Shown: positions 1 to 8,626 of the stretch, piece by piece
How the letters are laid out: each line of letters begins with the position of its first letter
Position numbering within the stretch: position 1 is the stretch's first letter
Assembly: GCA_021814805.1 (NCBI GenBank)
Contig: JAKAHT010000003.1
Span: forward strand, 8,486 to 42,915
Length of the DNA stretch: 34,430 nt
Reading direction: 5' to 3'
Origin: a bacterium
Lineage (GTDB): Bacteria > Patescibacteriota > Minisyncoccia > UBA6257 > GWB1-50-10
Position numbers and translations under genes: made by a program
The notes under the pieces: generated by a model
What the model was told of the DNA's origin: nothing
Databases searched by the model: none
What the model saw: only the letters and a program-made list of their open reading frames with translations

Positions 1-13
1 CTCGAAAATAAAA

Positions 14-40
14 TTAGCGGCGAAAGGTCAATATTGCTAA
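14..40 (+). promoter_or_regulatory. Degenerate CIRCE-like inverted repeat upstream of groES
   Basis: TTAGCGGCG-N9-TATTGCTAA versus consensus TTAGCACTC-N9-GAGTGCTAA; outer arms and 27-bp length match, inner arms do not; ends 10 nt before the groES ATG. Confidence 0.45.
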
Positions 41-50
41 TAAATAAAAA

Positions 51-347
51 ATGAATTTAAAACCGTTATCCAGTCATGTTTTAGTGGAGTTTGTCGAAAA
101 TGAAACTAAAACGACCAAGTCGGGCATAGTCCTTCCCGATTCAGTGGAAAAAAAGGAACAGTCCAAAGGTGTAGTTGTATCCGTCGGTCCAGGAAAGATG
201 CAGAACGGAACGAGAGTGCCTCCGGAAGTTAAACCGGGAGATCGCGTTATTTTTACGAAACCTTGGAGCGAAGATAAGAAAATGGAAGAGGAAAACAAAA
301 CCTATTTTTTGGTCGAGGAAGACGATATCCTTGCGATTATCCAATAA
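51..347 (+). CDS. groES: Co-chaperonin GroES
   Basis: LKPL..VLV, TKSGIVLPD mobile loop, GVVVSVGPG, VKPGDRV, EDDILAII; directly upstream of groEL. Confidence 0.97.
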   Translation: MNLKPLSSHVLVEFVENETKTTKSGIVLPDSVEKKEQSKGVVVSVGPGKMQNGTRVPPEVKPGDRVIFTKPWSEDKKMEEENKTYFLVEEDDILAIIQ

Positions 348-366
348 TCACTAACAAAATAAACTT

Positions 367-2010
367 ATGGCAAAACAAATATTGTTCGATGACAAAGCCA
401 GGATGGCTATGAAACGCGGAATGGATAAGCTATCTTCAGCGGTTAAAATGACTCTCGGTCCGAGAGGCCGGGCGGCCGTAATAGAAAAGGGATACGGTGC
501 GCCCCAAGTGACGTTCGATGGAGTGACCGTAGCCAAAGAAATAGAGCTTAAGGATAAATATGAAAATCTGGGCGCCGAATTTTTAAAACAAGCGGCTGAC
601 AAAACAGACAACAATGTGGGCGACGGCACCACGACCTCAGTGGTTTTGGCCTATTCCATGATTGAAGAGGGGGAAAGAGCCATTAATGAAAAAGGATTCA
701 ATGTGATACAGCTTTCAGAAGAATTGAAACGCAGAAGTCAGGTGGTCATAAAAGCCCTCGAAGATCAAAAAGAGGAAATAAACGACAATAAAAAAGTCCA
801 AGAGGTGGCTACGCTTTCGGCCAAAGATCCAGAGATAGGCAAACTTATCGCCGAAGTCATGGATAAAGTCGGCAAAGAGGGAGTCGTGACGGTCGACGAT
901 TCTAATACCATCGGCAGTTCCTACGAAGTGGTCGAAGGAATGCAATTCGACCGGGGATATATTTCTCAATATATGGTTACCAACCAGGAAAGGATGGAGT
1001 CTGTTTTGGAAGATCCTTATATCCTAATAACCGATAAGAAAATTTCTTCGATAAGTGAACTCTTGCCTATTCTCGAAAAGATAATACAAAGCGGCAAAAA
1101 AGACCTTTTGATAGTGGCCGATGACGTGGACGGAGAGGCCTTAGCCACTTTAATAGTCAATAAAATCCGCGGCATATTCAATGTTTTGGCTGTTAAGGCT
1201 CCTGGATTCGGTGACAGGAAGAAAGAAATGCTTCAGGATATAGCTACGGTCACTGGAGCGACTTTCGTTTCCGAAGATTTGGGCAAGAAATTCGAGAGTA
1301 TCGAAATAAACGAACTCGGTCATGCTCATCGAGTAGTCTCCGACAAAGATAAAACCACTATTGTGGGAGGTACCGGAGATAAGAAGATCATAGAGGACAG
1401 AATTAAACAAATAAAATCGCAAATCAAATCAACCGACTCCGAATTTGATAAGGAAAAATTGGAAGAAAGGCTCGGCAAGCTTTCCGGAGGAGTGGCCGTC
1501 ATAAAAGTCGGTGCTCCGACCGAATCGGCTCAGAAAGAATTAAAGCAAAGAGTGGAAGATGCCGTGGGGGCTACGAGGGCGGCAATGGAAGAAGGAATAA
1601 TACCGGGCGGAGGTGTGGCTCTTTTCAATGCCATACCTTCCATAAATCCGGATAAGGACGAAAACGGTTCAATATCGGCGGCTGTTCATACCATACTTTC
1701 CAGGGCGCTTAATTCCCCAATAACCGCCATAATAGAAAACAGCGGAGAAAATGTTTCGAGCGTGACGGCTAAATTGAAAGAAAATTGGCAGAAAGGAAAA
1801 AGTTGGAACGGATTTAATGCCTTCACGAACAAGATAGAGGATTTGAAGGAAGCTGGAGTTTTGGATCCTTTGAAGGTTACAAAGACCGCTTTTATGAATG
1901 CCGTTTCCGTGGCCGCCAACTATTTGACAATAGGCGCCGCCATAACCGATATACCTGAAAAGAAAGAAAATACGAACCCGGGCCTCGGGGATATGGGAGG
2001 AGACTATTAA
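367..2010 (+). CDS. groEL: Chaperonin GroEL
   Basis: AKQILF, TLGP, DGVTVAKEI, GDGTTT, EGMQFDRGYIS, KAPGFGDRKK, GGVAVIKVGA; 547 aa. Confidence 0.99.
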   Translation: MAKQILFDDKARMAMKRGMDKLSSAVKMTLGPRGRAAVIEKGYGAPQVTFDGVTVAKEIELKDKYENLGAEFLKQAADKTDNNVGDGTTTSVVLAYSMIEEGERAINEKGFNVIQLSEELKRRSQVVIKALEDQKEEINDNKKVQEVATLSAKDPEIGKLIAEVMDKVGKEGVVTVDDSNTIGSSYEVVEGMQFDRGYISQYMVTNQERMESVLEDPYILITDKKISSISELLPILEKIIQSGKKDLLIVADDVDGEALATLIVNKIRGIFNVLAVKAPGFGDRKKEMLQDIATVTGATFVSEDLGKKFESIEINELGHAHRVVSDKDKTTIVGGTGDKKIIEDRIKQIKSQIKSTDSEFDKEKLEERLGKLSGGVAVIKVGAPTESAQKELKQRVEDAVGATRAAMEEGIIPGGGVALFNAIPSINPDKDENGSISAAVHTILSRALNSPITAIIENSGENVSSVTAKLKENWQKGKSWNGFNAFTNKIEDLKEAGVLDPLKVTKTAFMNAVSVAANYLTIGAAITDIPEKKENTNPGLGDMGGDY

Positions 2011-2031
2011 AGGAGTTATCATATAGGTATT

Positions 2032-3675
2032 ATGGAAACCCCTTATAACTGGTCCGAGAAAGATAAATATTATCTCGAACCTTTCGTCACTAATCCCGAT
2101 GGATTGATTTCTGTTTTGAGAAATCTGCCTCCGGAAATAGCCGGTGCTCTTTGTTCTCGTGCGAGCCGCGCCTCGGGATCTCTTCTTGAAGTTTTTCTTA
2201 AGGAATATATTTACCCGATAATAAACGGTGAAGATAAAGTTCTATCCGAAGAACTTGAAAATACCGTCAAGTTTTTTCATGAACACGGATTCAAGAAAAT
2301 CTTGAATAATCAGCGGGCTCAGGCCTTTTACGCCAAATGGCTTTCGCAGTATGGCGACGACTCAATAGCTCAAATGACCGGTACTCACGTGGTTTTCTGG
2401 GGAATATCCCAGGTGGCCATGAAATTTATAGAAGATCAGAGAATCGGATTGGAACCGATAGAAAAATCGACCCGCTACGTCAACTTTGGCAATAAGGTCA
2501 ACGGGCATTATCTTTATCATGTCCCAGAAGATGACTTGAGAAGAACGGGTTTTTTCGAAGAATATGAAAGAACCCTCGACCATCTTTTTGATACTTATAT
2601 TCGTCTCATGCCACCGCTTCTCGATTGGCTCAAAAAGAACTACGAGGAAAAAGAATCAATACTGGAAAAAAAGGCTTTTGATACACTCCGAGGGCTTTTA
2701 CCTATGGCTACTTTGGGGCAGCTTGCCATGAGGGGGAACGCCCAAGCTTTGGAGTATTTGATAAACAGGACTGCTAAACACCATCTTTCAGAACTGAGGT
2801 GGATATCGGGAGCGCTTAAAAAGGAATTGGACGAAGAAATTCCTTCTCTTCTCTTGAGGGTTAATGATGAGCCTGCCCAAAAGTACCAAGCTTATTTGAG
2901 CGGACGGCACAATTCCGTTAGAAAATATATTAAAGAAGAAAATTTATCCCAAGAAAAAACGATTTCCGGCCAACCTTCCGTAAAGCTTGTAGAGTACGAT
3001 AAAGATGCAGTAAACAAGGTCATAGCCGGCATACTTTTTGAGCACACTCATGAATCCTGGGAGAATCTTTTAAAAACCGCCTCTTCACTCGACGAAACCG
3101 GTAAAAAGAAAATAATTTCTTCTTATCTTTCCGGCAGGAGCGAAAGGTGGCAAAAAGTCGGTAGAGCTTTCGAAAATTCATATCTTAGGTTTGAAATAAC
3201 CATGAATATAGGAGCTTACCGTGATTTACATCGTCACAGAATGATGACCCAAGAAAGACAACTTTTTTCGGCCCATCACGGATACGACATGCCGGAAGAA
3301 ATAAAAGAAGCCGGTCTTGAAGGAGAATTTTCAGAAGCCCTGGAAAAAGCTCGTGAGTTGTTCTTCCGAATGGAGAAAGTCGATCCTGGCTTGGCGCAAT
3401 ATACTGTACCTTTGGCTTATAGAATAAGATTTTTTGAGTGGCAGAACTTGAGGCAAATGTTCTGGGAATCTGAACTTCGCACCATTTCTCAAGGCCACCC
3501 CGATTATCGGAAAATAGAGCAGGAAAAATGGAGGGTCCTTAAAGAAAAACTGCCATTAATCTCCGAATTTATATTGGTTGATATGAATGACTACAAAATA
3601 GCGAGGAGGGGAACTGAAGAACAAATAAAAAAGAAGGAAGAATTTTTAATAAATGAATTGAAGAAAAAGAAATAA
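2032..3675 (+). CDS. thyX: FAD-dependent thymidylate synthase, long tandem-domain type
   Basis: YGDDSIAQ, IEKSTRY, AFDTLRGLLP in the N-half; RAFE, YRDLHRHRM, ELRT..QGHPDYR in the C-half. Confidence 0.9.
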   Translation: METPYNWSEKDKYYLEPFVTNPDGLISVLRNLPPEIAGALCSRASRASGSLLEVFLKEYIYPIINGEDKVLSEELENTVKFFHEHGFKKILNNQRAQAFYAKWLSQYGDDSIAQMTGTHVVFWGISQVAMKFIEDQRIGLEPIEKSTRYVNFGNKVNGHYLYHVPEDDLRRTGFFEEYERTLDHLFDTYIRLMPPLLDWLKKNYEEKESILEKKAFDTLRGLLPMATLGQLAMRGNAQALEYLINRTAKHHLSELRWISGALKKELDEEIPSLLLRVNDEPAQKYQAYLSGRHNSVRKYIKEENLSQEKTISGQPSVKLVEYDKDAVNKVIAGILFEHTHESWENLLKTASSLDETGKKKIISSYLSGRSERWQKVGRAFENSYLRFEITMNIGAYRDLHRHRMMTQERQLFSAHHGYDMPEEIKEAGLEGEFSEALEKARELFFRMEKVDPGLAQYTVPLAYRIRFFEWQNLRQMFWESELRTISQGHPDYRKIEQEKWRVLKEKLPLISEFILVDMNDYKIARRGTEEQIKKKEEFLINELKKKK

Positions 3676-3686
3676 ACTGATATAAT
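3658..3686 (+). promoter_or_regulatory. Sigma70-type promoter for lemA
   Basis: TTGAAG-N17-TATAAT with extended TG; -10 ends 9 nt before the ATG. Confidence 0.65.
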
Positions 3687-3695
3687 CAAACAATT

Positions 3696-4241
3696 ATGAT
3701 GATACCAATAATAGTTCTCGCGGTGGTAATCCTATGGCTGATATTCGCTTTCAACGGCTTGGTCAGAAAGAAAAACAGAATGGCGGAAGCCTGGTCAGAT
3801 ATAGAGGTTCAGCTGAAAAGAAGATATGATCTTATACCCAATTTAGTTGAAACGGTTAAGGGCTACGCCGCTCACGAAAAAACCGTTTTTGAAGATGTCG
3901 TAAAAGCCAGATCGGTAGCCATGGGTGCCGTGGATCCCAAAGCCAAATTGGAGGCCAACGATACTCTCTCTGGAACGCTGAAATCTCTTTTTGCCGTAGC
4001 TGAAAATTATCCGGCTCTCAAGGCCAATGAAAATTTCGAAAAACTTCAGGATGAATTGACCGATACGGAGGATAAGATCCAAGCGGCCCGCCGTTTTTAT
4101 AATGCCAACGTCAGGGATTTCAATATCGCCGTGGAAGTTTTTCCGACTAATTTAATTGCTGGTATTTTTCATTTCACCAAAGGAGAACTTTTTGATGTTG
4201 ATAATCCATCAGAAAAGGAACCCGTTCAAGTGAAATTTTAA
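3696..4241 (+). CDS. lemA: LemA family protein
   Basis: N-terminal TM helix; AWSDIEVQLKRRYDLIPNLVETVKGY, AVAENYPALKA, ARRFYN, FPTNLIA. Confidence 0.96.
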   Translation: MMIPIIVLAVVILWLIFAFNGLVRKKNRMAEAWSDIEVQLKRRYDLIPNLVETVKGYAAHEKTVFEDVVKARSVAMGAVDPKAKLEANDTLSGTLKSLFAVAENYPALKANENFEKLQDELTDTEDKIQAARRFYNANVRDFNIAVEVFPTNLIAGIFHFTKGELFDVDNPSEKEPVQVKF

Positions 4242-5152
4242 TGGCTACTCTTTATACTCAAGCTTCGACAAACACGAGAAAGACGTGGATTTTAATGACG
4301 GGAGTTTTTGTCTTGATAATAGCCTTGGGCTTTCTCTTCAGCCAAGTTTATAACTCTCCGGGTATTCTGATATTGGCTGTTTTATTGAGTTTCTTTTTGA
4401 ACATAGTCGGTTATTGGTATTCCGATAAAATAGTTTTGGCTTCTACCGGAGCGAAAGAAATCCAAAAAAAAGACAATCCTGAACTCTGGAGGATAGTAGA
4501 AAATCTTTCCATAGCTTCCGGATTGCCCATGCCTAAGCTCTATATAGTTCCGGTTGCCGCTCCCAATGCCTTTGCTACCGGCCGGGACAAAAACCACGCT
4601 TCGGTTGCCGTGACTGAAGGATTGCTCGAAATAATGAACAAAGACGAGCTTGAAGGCGTGATAGCTCATGAAATTTCACATATCGGCAACCGCGATATAC
4701 TGGTTTCGACGGTTGTCGTCGTCCTTGTGGGTGTGATATCCATAATGGCAGATTGGTTTCTTAGAATGAGCTTTTGGGGCGGCAATAGAAGAAATGATAA
4801 CGAGGGCAACAATAACATCATGTTTTTTTTGGGTATAGTGGGTGCCATACTCGCTCCTATAGCCGCCACCCTCATTCAATTTGCTATATCAAGAAAAAGA
4901 GAATCTTTGGCCGATGCTTCCGGAGCCCTTCTTACGAGATATCCCGAAGGGTTGGCGAGTGCCTTGGAAAAAATAGAAAACAACCCTTTCAAAACACAAG
5001 GAGCGAGTTCGGCCACGGCTCATCTTTATTTTACTAACCCATTCAAGGCCGATAGGGGCGATGAAAAGAAAACCCCTTTCTTTGTCCGTTTGTTCATGAC
5101 CCATCCTCCTATAGAGGAAAGAATAAAAGTTTTAAGAGAAATGAGCTTATGA
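4241..5152 (+). CDS. htpX: Zinc metalloprotease HtpX (M48)
   Basis: PNAFATGR, HEISH (HExxH), SRKRESLADA, LFMTHPPIEERI; 1-nt overlap with the lemA stop. Confidence 0.95.
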   Translation: MATLYTQASTNTRKTWILMTGVFVLIIALGFLFSQVYNSPGILILAVLLSFFLNIVGYWYSDKIVLASTGAKEIQKKDNPELWRIVENLSIASGLPMPKLYIVPVAAPNAFATGRDKNHASVAVTEGLLEIMNKDELEGVIAHEISHIGNRDILVSTVVVVLVGVISIMADWFLRMSFWGGNRRNDNEGNNNIMFFLGIVGAILAPIAATLIQFAISRKRESLADASGALLTRYPEGLASALEKIENNPFKTQGASSATAHLYFTNPFKADRGDEKKTPFFVRLFMTHPPIEERIKVLREMSL

Positions 5153-5511
5153 AAGAAAAGATAGGCAAGTATTTGGAACTTATCCTTTTACTACTTCTTA
5201 TAGTGCTTCTCGTTCTTTGCATTTCATTCATTAGACAATTCAACCATTTAAGAAAAGAAGTGCCGGTAAATTATATGGCTCGCCGCACTGTTCTGAACGC
5301 TGATTCAATCCAGGGCTGGATGACGTTCGACTATGTCAATAGAATATTTTCTCTGCCGACAAGTTATTTAAAATCGAGTTTGAATATATCCGACGAAAAA
5401 TATCCGAAAGAATTGATAGAAAGGTATGCCGTGGTTCACGGGTTGAATCCCGGCGATTTTTTAAAGAGCGTCCAAGATTCGGTTGGCAATTATCTGACAA
5501 ATCAAAAATAA
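5149..5511 (+). CDS. Hypothetical protein with a single N-terminal TM helix
   Basis: Hydrophobic LILLLLLIVLLVLCISFI then soluble domain with IQGWMTFDYVN; ATGA overlap with htpX, abuts the next gene. Confidence 0.8.
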   Translation: MKEKIGKYLELILLLLLIVLLVLCISFIRQFNHLRKEVPVNYMARRTVLNADSIQGWMTFDYVNRIFSLPTSYLKSSLNISDEKYPKELIERYAVVHGLNPGDFLKSVQDSVGNYLTNQK

Positions 5512-6120
5512 ATGGAGCCTGTCCTGACTTTTTTACTTTCCTATATACTTCTTTATAAATATATCGCCTTGTTTTTGATAGTTTTTTCGGCGGCCATAAT
5601 TTTACCTTTGCCGGTTACCGAACTTATGTTTGCTGTCGGAGCTTTCGTGAATCAAGGTTATTTCAATTTTGCAGCCACTCTTATAATCTCCCAGGTGGCC
5701 AACGTTTTGGGGGACCTTGTCGGTTATTTTATAACCCACAAGTACGGCTATGGAGTGATACACAAATTCAAATTGGACAGGTCCCGTTTCTTTGAAAGAA
5801 TGAAGGAGGAATTGAACATACACGTCAGATCCACCATATTCATAACGCGTTTTGCCGGAGGTCTGGGACCGGCGGCTAATTTCTTATCTGGTGCCGTCAG
5901 GGTTCCTCTTAAGTTGTTTTTTATTTACGATTTTTTGGGAAATTTGATCTATTTTTTGGGGATACTTTTGATAGGCAATTTAGCTGGAAGCTATTGGGAA
6001 AATTTTTCGCAAATAATAAGTATTTTCGTGAGTATAATCATGGTCACCACGCTCCTTTTGGGTCTGTGGCATCTTTATAAAAGACTAAAAAGAAATCACG
6101 CCGCTAAGTTGAAAGAGTGA
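5512..6120 (+). CDS. DedA/VTT family membrane protein
   Basis: LPLPVTELMFAVG, ANVLGDLVGYFI, IFITRF, F..YDFLG pattern with several TM segments. Confidence 0.88.
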   Translation: MEPVLTFLLSYILLYKYIALFLIVFSAAIILPLPVTELMFAVGAFVNQGYFNFAATLIISQVANVLGDLVGYFITHKYGYGVIHKFKLDRSRFFERMKEELNIHVRSTIFITRFAGGLGPAANFLSGAVRVPLKLFFIYDFLGNLIYFLGILLIGNLAGSYWENFSQIISIFVSIIMVTTLLLGLWHLYKRLKRNHAAKLKE

Positions 6121-6913
6121 GAAAAAGGGGATCGTGATCAGAAATCGGCGGCGTCAGGTATTCCGGTTTGTATTCTGTGACTTTTAATCCGGCCTTATCT
6201 AGGTTTTTAACCAGGATATAATCGTATCTTTTGGGTGAATGAATCCTGCTTAAAAAATTATCGACGTAAGCGTTTTCAGGGCGGTAAGTCGGTGAGATCG
6301 GCTCTCCTTCTTTAAATTTCGAAGGGTCGGAAAATCCGGTGGTCCTAAAAAGCTCCGCGAACTCATATTCTTTCATAAGGTAATTTTCATTGAAGTCACC
6401 GGCTAAAATTATCGGTTTATCGTAATTATTGGTTTTCATTACCATTTTCTCAGTTTGCTTGAATCTTATTTTTTGGCTGAAGAAATGGGTTTCTTGATGC
6501 ATATGAGTATTGACTATCTTTACATCGCCGATTGGGGTTTCCACTATCACTTCCAGAAATCCTTTTCGGCCCAGCGTTTCCGATATGGCGGAATTCAAAA
6601 AACGACTGTAAGGCACAAATCTGGAGCTCGTTATCGGAAATTTTGAAAATACCACGAGTCCGCCGGTCATGTCGAAAAGTTTTATAAATAAAATTCGGCG
6701 GGTTTCTATGACATCGCCGGCCATCATATAAGAGCCCCTCAGCTGTTCCTTGAGGAATGATCTGTTCTCAACGTCGAAAGATTCCTGAAGGCAGATTATA
6801 TCGGCTCCCGACTTTTTTAAATACTCCGGAAGATTTTTTATTCTCTTTTTTCTATCCTTGACGAACCAAAAAGGAAGGTCCCAAATATTTAAAGTTAAAA
6901 CTTTCAGGGTCAT
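6104..6913 (-). CDS. Endonuclease/exonuclease/phosphatase (EEP) family protein, sphingomyelinase-like
   Basis: VLTLNIW, DIICLQE, GLVVFSKFPI, NTH, AGDFN, YDYILV, SDH catalytic motifs. Confidence 0.88.
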   Translation of the reverse strand: MTLKVLTLNIWDLPFWFVKDRKKRIKNLPEYLKKSGADIICLQESFDVENRSFLKEQLRGSYMMAGDVIETRRILFIKLFDMTGGLVVFSKFPITSSRFVPYSRFLNSAISETLGRKGFLEVIVETPIGDVKIVNTHMHQETHFFSQKIRFKQTEKMVMKTNNYDKPIILAGDFNENYLMKEYEFAELFRTTGFSDPSKFKEGEPISPTYRPENAYVDNFLSRIHSPKRYDYILVKNLDKAGLKVTEYKPEYLTPPISDHDPLFLTLST

Positions 6914-6916
6914 ATT

Positions 6917-7597
6917 TTAGGCAATCATTTTTTCAACATTCTTCAAATCTTCTGGAGTCGCGAGAGGTATCCAAAAAGAAGCTTCTATTATTTTGAATTT
7001 ATAGCCATCAAGAACCATTTTTGAAATTGCTTCCGAAAGATAATATTGGCCACCGTTCTTGGGTTCAGGTTTATAATCGAATATCTTTCCGTTTAAAGTC
7101 AGGCCGTTAGATAAAACCAGATCAGAAATGAATTTATCGGGTTTTTCCACTATTCTTTTGACAGTATTGTCGGCGTTTTTTTCAACGACGCCGAATCTTT
7201 CCGGGTGTTCCGACAGGGAAACGGCCACGGCTAGGTTTTCGTTGGACAGCTCCTTGGCCGTTTTTTTATCTATAAGGTCGTCTCCGTAGAAGATCATGAA
7301 GGTTTCGTCTCGTTTCAAGAGATTCCGGCAGGTTTCGAGGGCGTGAAAAGTCCCTTTCATTTCTCTTTGTTCCGTGTAGGTGACCGGCCGGCCAAAAAAT
7401 TCCCGGCCGCAGTATTTTCTCACTTGCTCTCCCAAATAGCCGACGATTATTACGAATTCCGTCACTTTATCCGGCATTTTTTCCGCTATATGGCTTATAA
7501 GCGGCCGGCCGTTTATTTCAAGAAGGGGCTTGGGCTTATTTTCCGTGAGAGGCCTCATTCTCAATCCTTCGCCGCCGGTTAGTAATATGGCTTTCAT
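6917..7597 (-). CDS. Sugar-1-phosphate nucleotidyltransferase (RmlA/GlmU-N-like)
   Basis: AILLTGGEGLRMRPLT..KPKPLL, EQ...KGT, YGDD, PERFGVV, IVEKP. Confidence 0.9.
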   Translation of the reverse strand: MKAILLTGGEGLRMRPLTENKPKPLLEINGRPLISHIAEKMPDKVTEFVIIVGYLGEQVRKYCGREFFGRPVTYTEQREMKGTFHALETCRNLLKRDETFMIFYGDDLIDKKTAKELSNENLAVAVSLSEHPERFGVVEKNADNTVKRIVEKPDKFISDLVLSNGLTLNGKIFDYKPEPKNGGQYYLSEAISKMVLDGYKFKIIEASFWIPLATPEDLKNVEKMIA

Positions 7598-7608
7598 CTT
7601 TTTAAATT

Positions 7609-7696
7609 TGGCGGAGGGGGCGAGATTCGAACTCGCGATACCTTGCGGTATACGCGCTTTCCAAGCGCGCGCACTAGACCACTATGCGACCCCTCC
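7609..7696 (-). tRNA. tRNA-Ser(GGA)
   Basis: Reverse complement folds as a cloverleaf: GGAGGGG/CCCCTCC acceptor, CGCGC-TTGGAAA-GCGCG anticodon arm, long variable arm, TTCGAAT T-loop, G discriminator, encoded CCA. Confidence 0.97.
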
Positions 7697-7711
7697 TTCA
7701 GGGTCAAAATT

Positions 7712-7740
7712 AGTTTAGTAAAATAAAAGAAGTTTATCAA
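7712..7740 (-). promoter_or_regulatory. Sigma70-type promoter for tRNA-Ser
   Basis: Minus strand TTGATA-N17-TAAACT, ending 15 nt before the tRNA 5' end. Confidence 0.55.
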
Positions 7741-7747
7741 ATTCCTG

Positions 7748-7777
7748 TTGTGTTTCGTCGGGACTAAATGATAAAAT
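7748..7777 (+). promoter_or_regulatory. Extended -10 promoter for the aminotransferase-ABC unit
   Basis: TTGTGT-N18-TAAAAT with TGn extension; 8 nt before ATG at 7786. Confidence 0.5.
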
Positions 7778-7785
7778 GTATTTCG

Positions 7786-8616
7786 ATGCCAAAACAATAT
7801 TCATATTTCAACGGTAAGACGGTTCCTTTGAGTCAAATAAAAATAAATCCTTATGATATCGGGTTTTCGCGAGGTTACGGAGTTTTCGATGTGATGTGCA
7901 CTAAGAACGGCAAACCGTTTTTGTTGCCCGAGCATTTTTCCCGGCTCAAACGTTCAGCCGAGCTTCTAAATCTCAAAGTGCCGTTCGACGAAGAAAAATA
8001 CAAAAAGATAGTGAACAAACTTCTTAAGTTGAACAATTTCAAGGAATCGGGCATAAGAACCATGATAACCGGCGGACTCAGCCCCGATGCTTTTTCAGTG
8101 GGCAAAGAAACGGTGATCGTACTGATTGAAAAATTTAAACCATTGCCGCCGGTTTTATTCGAAAAAGGAGCCAAGGCAATAACTCTCGATTTTAAAAGAT
8201 CAAATCCCCGGGCTAAAATAACCAACTATGTTGAGGCCATAAAAAATCAGGAAAAAAAGAAAAAAGCCGGCGCTCTGGAAATACTTTACATTAAAGACGG
8301 AAAAGTTTTTGAGTTTTCGACGAGCAATGTCTTTGTGGTCAAAAAAGGCAAGATAAAGACTCCCAAGGAAGGTGTGCTTTTCGGAATAACCAGAGATTTG
8401 ACGATAAAATTAGCCGAAAAAGCCGGATTTGAAGTTGTTGAAAAAGAAATTTCCGAGAAAGAACTTTTCTCGGCTGATGAAGTCATTCTCACAGCCACCA
8501 ACAAGGATATCGTACCGATAGTTGAAATAGACGGTCGTAAAATAGGTGAGGGAAAACCAGGGAAGATAACGACAAAGTTGATGGATTCCTTTTCCAGCTT
8601 CACTAAAAATTATTAA
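7786..8616 (+). CDS. PLP-dependent class IV aminotransferase, D-amino-acid transaminase-like
   Basis: RGYGVFD, HFSRL..SA, catalytic Lys in RAKITNY, E.STSNVF, LFGITR, ADEVILT; start moved from 7768 to 7786 because 7768 overlaps the extended -10 element. Confidence 0.88.
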   Translation: MPKQYSYFNGKTVPLSQIKINPYDIGFSRGYGVFDVMCTKNGKPFLLPEHFSRLKRSAELLNLKVPFDEEKYKKIVNKLLKLNNFKESGIRTMITGGLSPDAFSVGKETVIVLIEKFKPLPPVLFEKGAKAITLDFKRSNPRAKITNYVEAIKNQEKKKKAGALEILYIKDGKVFEFSTSNVFVVKKGKIKTPKEGVLFGITRDLTIKLAEKAGFEVVEKEISEKELFSADEVILTATNKDIVPIVEIDGRKIGEGKPGKITTKLMDSFSSFTKNY

Positions 8617-8626
8617 TATTTCCAAT

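Noticed and set aside
7530..7797. ORFs 7530-7718 (+) and 7594-7797 (-)
   Set aside because: They are translations through the tRNA-Ser gene
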